NCBI GenBank assembly: GCA_037189525.1
Contig: JBBCJC010000013.1
Location: 1-59,988 of the forward strand
Reading direction: 5' to 3'
DNA length: 59,988 bases
From: Gemmatimonadales bacterium
Lineage (GTDB): Bacteria; Gemmatimonadota; Gemmatimonadetes; Gemmatimonadales; GWC2-71-9
Below the pieces are notes generated by a model that was given only the letters and a program-made list of their open reading frames with translations, was not told where the DNA came from and did not search any database. How positions within the stretch are numbered: the first letter of the stretch is position 1; every line of letters begins with the position of its first letter. A program made the translations under genes and the position numbers. Below, piece after piece: positions 57,328-59,988 of this stretch.

Positions 57328-57945
57328 CTAGCGAAAGAGCCGGGCTAGCTCCGCCATCACATCGGGACCATACTCCGGATCCTTCCGGATGAGCAGAGCG
57401 CGTCGGCTGATCGGGTCCAGGGCGAGAAAAACCTCCGCTTCACCGTCCTGGAGGAAGAGCTTGGTGACCAACCAGGAACCAGCGGGTGACGTGGTGAACT
57501 CTCCGGCGACTGTCGAACCTGTCCCATCACCAGCTCCCCGCGTCAGGTTTTCGCCGAGAATGCCCACATCAAGAGTGAGGGAGTCAACGTACGGACGCTC
57601 TTGCCACGCGGCCCCCTCAGCAAGTGCTTGCTGTAACATCGCGAGAAAGTCGACCGGCCGGCGCTCGGCTCGCCCGCGCAAGATTCCGCGAGCGAAGCTG
57701 AATCGCGGCGAGTCAGCGGCGGATCGCCGCGGCCCGAGTTCTAGCTCGAGAGTCGCTGGGGTACTTCCCTCCAGGAGTGGTCGGAGCGTCCAGCGTCCCA
57801 GGCCGTCATCAGGGTGGTACTCTGCGACTAGTTCAACGGTGTCGACTACACTCGGAACCGGTCGTCGCGACGTTCTACGCAGCCTCAACACGAGCACAGT
57901 CCCGAGCAGAATAAGTAGGAGGACGGCGATAAGACTCTTTGTCAT
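57328..57945 (-). CDS. Cassette ORF C, hypothetical protein with N-terminal membrane anchor
   Basis: MTKSLIAVLLLILLGTVLVLRLRR; AAGGA RBS just inside the cassette start. Confidence 0.78.
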   Translation of the reverse strand: MTKSLIAVLLLILLGTVLVLRLRRTSRRPVPSVVDTVELVAEYHPDDGLGRWTLRPLLEGSTPATLELELGPRRSAADSPRFSFARGILRGRAERRPVDFLAMLQQALAEGAAWQERPYVDSLTLDVGILGENLTRGAGDGTGSTVAGEFTTSPAGSWLVTKLFLQDGEAEVFLALDPISRRALLIRKDPEYGPDVMAELARLFR

Positions 57946-57966
57946 AGGAGAATCCTTCCGCAAGCG

Positions 57967-58102
57967 GCCTAACGACTTTGGGTTTCAGCGGCAGCCGCGC
58001 TAGGAGCTGAGCGGCCGCGCCATCCTCCAGCAACATGGGGGCGCGGCCGCGACTCCGGAAGCGGAACTCTGCCCGGCTGTCCGCTGCAAACCCCTGTTAT
58101 AC
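57967..58102 (-). repeat. attC-like site 4
   Basis: GCCTAAC...GTTATAC, 136 bp; the toxin stop codon TAA lies inside the R'' box GTATAAC. Confidence 0.9.
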
Positions 58103-58396
58103 CGCATCCGTAGGAAGCGGAAACAGACGCGCCCCATGGAAAACCGTGAGAATATGCACGACGTCGGGGCCGACAAGGTAGACAATTCGGTAAGCACCGA
58201 TGAGCACTTCGCGAACGTCGGCTCGGTCGAGCTCCGGAACGATGCGGCCAGTTTCAGGAAACTGCTGCAGGTGATCTGCGGCGGCGAACAGACGCTCGAC
58301 GTGCAAGGCTGCATACCGTGGGGAACTGCGAGAGATATAAGACCGGATGGCTTCGAGATTCTCGATCGCCCGTTCCGTCCAGATGATGCGGGTCAT
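58097..58396 (-). CDS. RelE/ParE family type II toxin
   Basis: IIWTERAIENLEAIRSYI...FPETGRIVPE...REV..GAYRIVY...ILTVFHGAR. Confidence 0.92.
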   Translation of the reverse strand: MTRIIWTERAIENLEAIRSYISRSSPRYAALHVERLFAAADHLQQFPETGRIVPELDRADVREVLIGAYRIVYLVGPDVVHILTVFHGARLFPLPTDAV

Positions 58397-58578
58397 GGGC
58401 GACCCAACAACCGCCGTTTTGCCTCTTCGTGGGACACCACTTGGCCGGCCTCCACCTGCCGAAGCCCGGCCTCGATTTCGGCCAGAAAATAGAGCCGCTC
58501 CATGGCTTCCTCGACCGACGTCTCGGCCGGAAGGCGCTTGATGACTTCCAGAACTTGGTCTCGGGTGGTCGGTGTCAT
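58393..58578 (-). CDS. Putative cognate antitoxin (61 aa)
   Basis: LPAETSVEEAMERLY...IEAGLRQVEAGQVVSHEEAK; ATGA overlap with the toxin; GGAG RBS. Confidence 0.85.
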   Translation of the reverse strand: MTPTTRDQVLEVIKRLPAETSVEEAMERLYFLAEIEAGLRQVEAGQVVSHEEAKRRLLGRP

Positions 58579-58606
58579 GGGACAAACTCCATCAGGGTGC
58601 CACCGA

Positions 58607-58635
58607 AGAGTAGACCGACTCACAAGGAGGGGCAA
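58607..58635 (-). promoter_or_regulatory. Internal promoter of the toxin-antitoxin cassette
   Basis: TTGCCC, 17 nt, TACTCT upstream of the antitoxin. Confidence 0.6.
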
Positions 58636-58661
58636 CCCAGGAGGATTGGGGAGTGGATGCG

Positions 58662-58799
58662 GTATAACGACTCTGGTGTTCAGCGGCAGGCGCTCACGGA
58701 GCCGAGCGGCCGCGCCATCCTCCAATCAACATGAGGGTGCGGCCGCGACTTCGCAAACCGGCCCTCCGCGCGCCTGCCCGCTGCAACACCCTGTTAGGC
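58662..58799 (-). repeat. attC-like site 5
   Basis: GTATAAC...GTTAGGC, 138 bp. Confidence 0.9.
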
Positions 58800-58816
58800 A
58801 GTAGGTACGACAAACG

Positions 58817-59362
58817 CTAATGCTGCATCCCATACTCGATACGAACAACGCGCCATTGTCCAGCACGATGCTGGACCTCGACAAACACTTCGCTGCCGTG
58901 ATCAATTCGCACGGGATAGACCGCGAGGCGGACAACGAGAGCGCTATCGCCTCGCCAGCTAACGGGCGCGAGCACGATAAGTGGGCCACCCGGACGCAAG
59001 GTGCGGCCATCTTGGGCGACAATGCGTCCGGAATCGACAACAGCCAATTTGGGATATATCGCACGAAGACTGGGGAGTTCCATGAGATCAAGGAGTTCAA
59101 TCGGAGGAGATAGGCGGCCATCGAGGCGGCGGAGCGGCTGGTAATGTGTTGTGGACAGAATACGTGGATCCATCAATTCGATCTGCTGCGAACTCTGAAG
59201 CCATCGGAGGACGGAATCGAGCGCCGCAGAGCGGACCTCACGCTCAATGCACCACATGACTGCACATCTCTGCGACGTGCGCGCAGGTCTCTCTTGGGCA
59301 AGGATCGTCGTCGGGGTTCCTGCTAGGAGTAGTATCGCAAGGAGGCTGAGTGCTTGAAGCAC
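58817..59362 (-). CDS. Cassette ORF E, secreted hypothetical protein
   Basis: Signal peptide ending ..TILA-Q; AGGAG RBS immediately after the R' box; GTG start. Confidence 0.78.
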   Translation of the reverse strand: MLQALSLLAILLLAGTPTTILAQERPARTSQRCAVMWCIEREVRSAALDSVLRWLQSSQQIELMDPRILSTTHYQPLRRLDGRLSPPIELLDLMELPSLRAIYPKLAVVDSGRIVAQDGRTLRPGGPLIVLAPVSWRGDSALVVRLAVYPVRIDHGSEVFVEVQHRAGQWRVVRIEYGMQH

Positions 59363-59378
59363 GAGGATACTCCTATCT

Positions 59379-59518
59379 GCCTAACGACTTTGGGTTTCAG
59401 CGGCAGGCGTGCTCACGGAGCCGAGCGGCCGCGCCAGCCTCCAACCAACATGGGGGCGCGGCCGCGACTCCGGAAGAGGTAGCCCGTCGCGCCTGCCCGC
59501 TGCAAACCCCTGTTAGGA
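59379..59518 (-). repeat. attC-like site 6
   Basis: GCCTAAC...GTTAGGA, 140 bp. Confidence 0.9.
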
Positions 59519-59545
59519 CGCTAGGAGCGACATCGCCGTGCGGAC

Positions 59546-59947
59546 CTAGCTACCCCGGCCATAGCCGGCCAATCGGCGCCAACGTGAATCAAAAATGATC
59601 GTCCCACCGAACGCCACGCCCGGAAGGAAGTCGCTCATGGGTTGAACAAACCAGTAGGGGCCTGCTCGAACAACGGCGACGGCTCCTTTATGCGGGTTCA
59701 AAACACCGTCTTTGTCGTATTCGGCCGCCGCACGAGCGCAGATCGAGGCATTCCGTACCAAGGCAACACGCGAGGGGGGCACTCTGGTCATACCATAGTC
59801 CGACCGCCGGTCGTCATTGACCGAGTCTGGCGACGAAGCGATCTGTCGCACCGTGACCGCAAAGGAATCTGCCGCCGCGCCGGATCCGCAGCCATGCGCT
59901 GCGGGGTTAGTCAAGAGAACAAGAGAGACAAACATCGTGCCCACCAT
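59546..59947 (-). CDS. Cassette ORF F, small probably secreted hypothetical protein
   Basis: Hydrophobic N-terminus, two Cys, GAGGGG RBS-like sequence; the cassette's other boundary is outside the window. Confidence 0.7.
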   Translation of the reverse strand: MVGTMFVSLVLLTNPAAHGCGSGAAADSFAVTVRQIASSPDSVNDDRRSDYGMTRVPPSRVALVRNASICARAAAEYDKDGVLNPHKGAVAVVRAGPYWFVQPMSDFLPGVAFGGTIIFDSRWRRLAGYGRGS

Positions 59948-59988
59948 GGGTGCCCCCTCTCAACTGATCACCAGAACAGCGCCGCGCA

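Larger units (their letters stand above)
55696..59988 (-). mobile_element. Integron-type gene cassette array (integrase not in window; continues past the right edge)
   Basis: Six related hairpin repeats with RYYYAAC...GTTRRRY-type ends alternate with co-oriented ORFs, including a toxin-antitoxin cassette. Confidence 0.9.

Noticed and set aside
55696..59518. Repeats interpreted as a second CRISPR array or as REP elements
   Set aside because: Repeats are about 138 bp with attC boxes and the spacers are whole gene-sized units.
55670..59598. Plus-strand ORFs with recurring NDFG(V/F)QRQ..SRAAAP peptides
   Set aside because: Translations of the attC repeats.

Overview
High-GC bacterial chromosomal window. 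Gene content (ADOP permeases with an acidobacterial-type PadR, many secreted peptidases and amidohydrolases, gyrA not next to gyrB) suggests Gemmatimonadota or a similar lineage; this is inference. Left end (1-12.2 kb): a complete minus-strand type I-E CRISPR-Cas locus (cas3-cas8e-cas11-cas7-cas5-cas6e-cas1-cas2), a leader with a consensus IHF site, and an array of at least 55 identical 29-bp repeats running off the left edge. One spacer looks like the 5' end of a tRNA gene. Middle (12.8-55.3 kb): housekeeping and catabolic genes (gyrA, nfo, peptidases, two-subunit aconitase X, hydrolases), with three single-base frameshifts in G/C runs. Right end (55.7-60 kb): an integron-type gene cassette array with six related 136-141 bp attC-like hairpins. 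These separate co-oriented unknown ORFs and a RelE/ParE toxin-antitoxin cassette with its own promoter. The repeat arms show compensatory covariation, and every complete cassette is bounded by its own 9-14 bp terminal inverted repeat extending beyond the 7-bp core. A decayed orphan copy of the repeat lies about 6 kb away, where a gene is truncated. No integrase is in the window.
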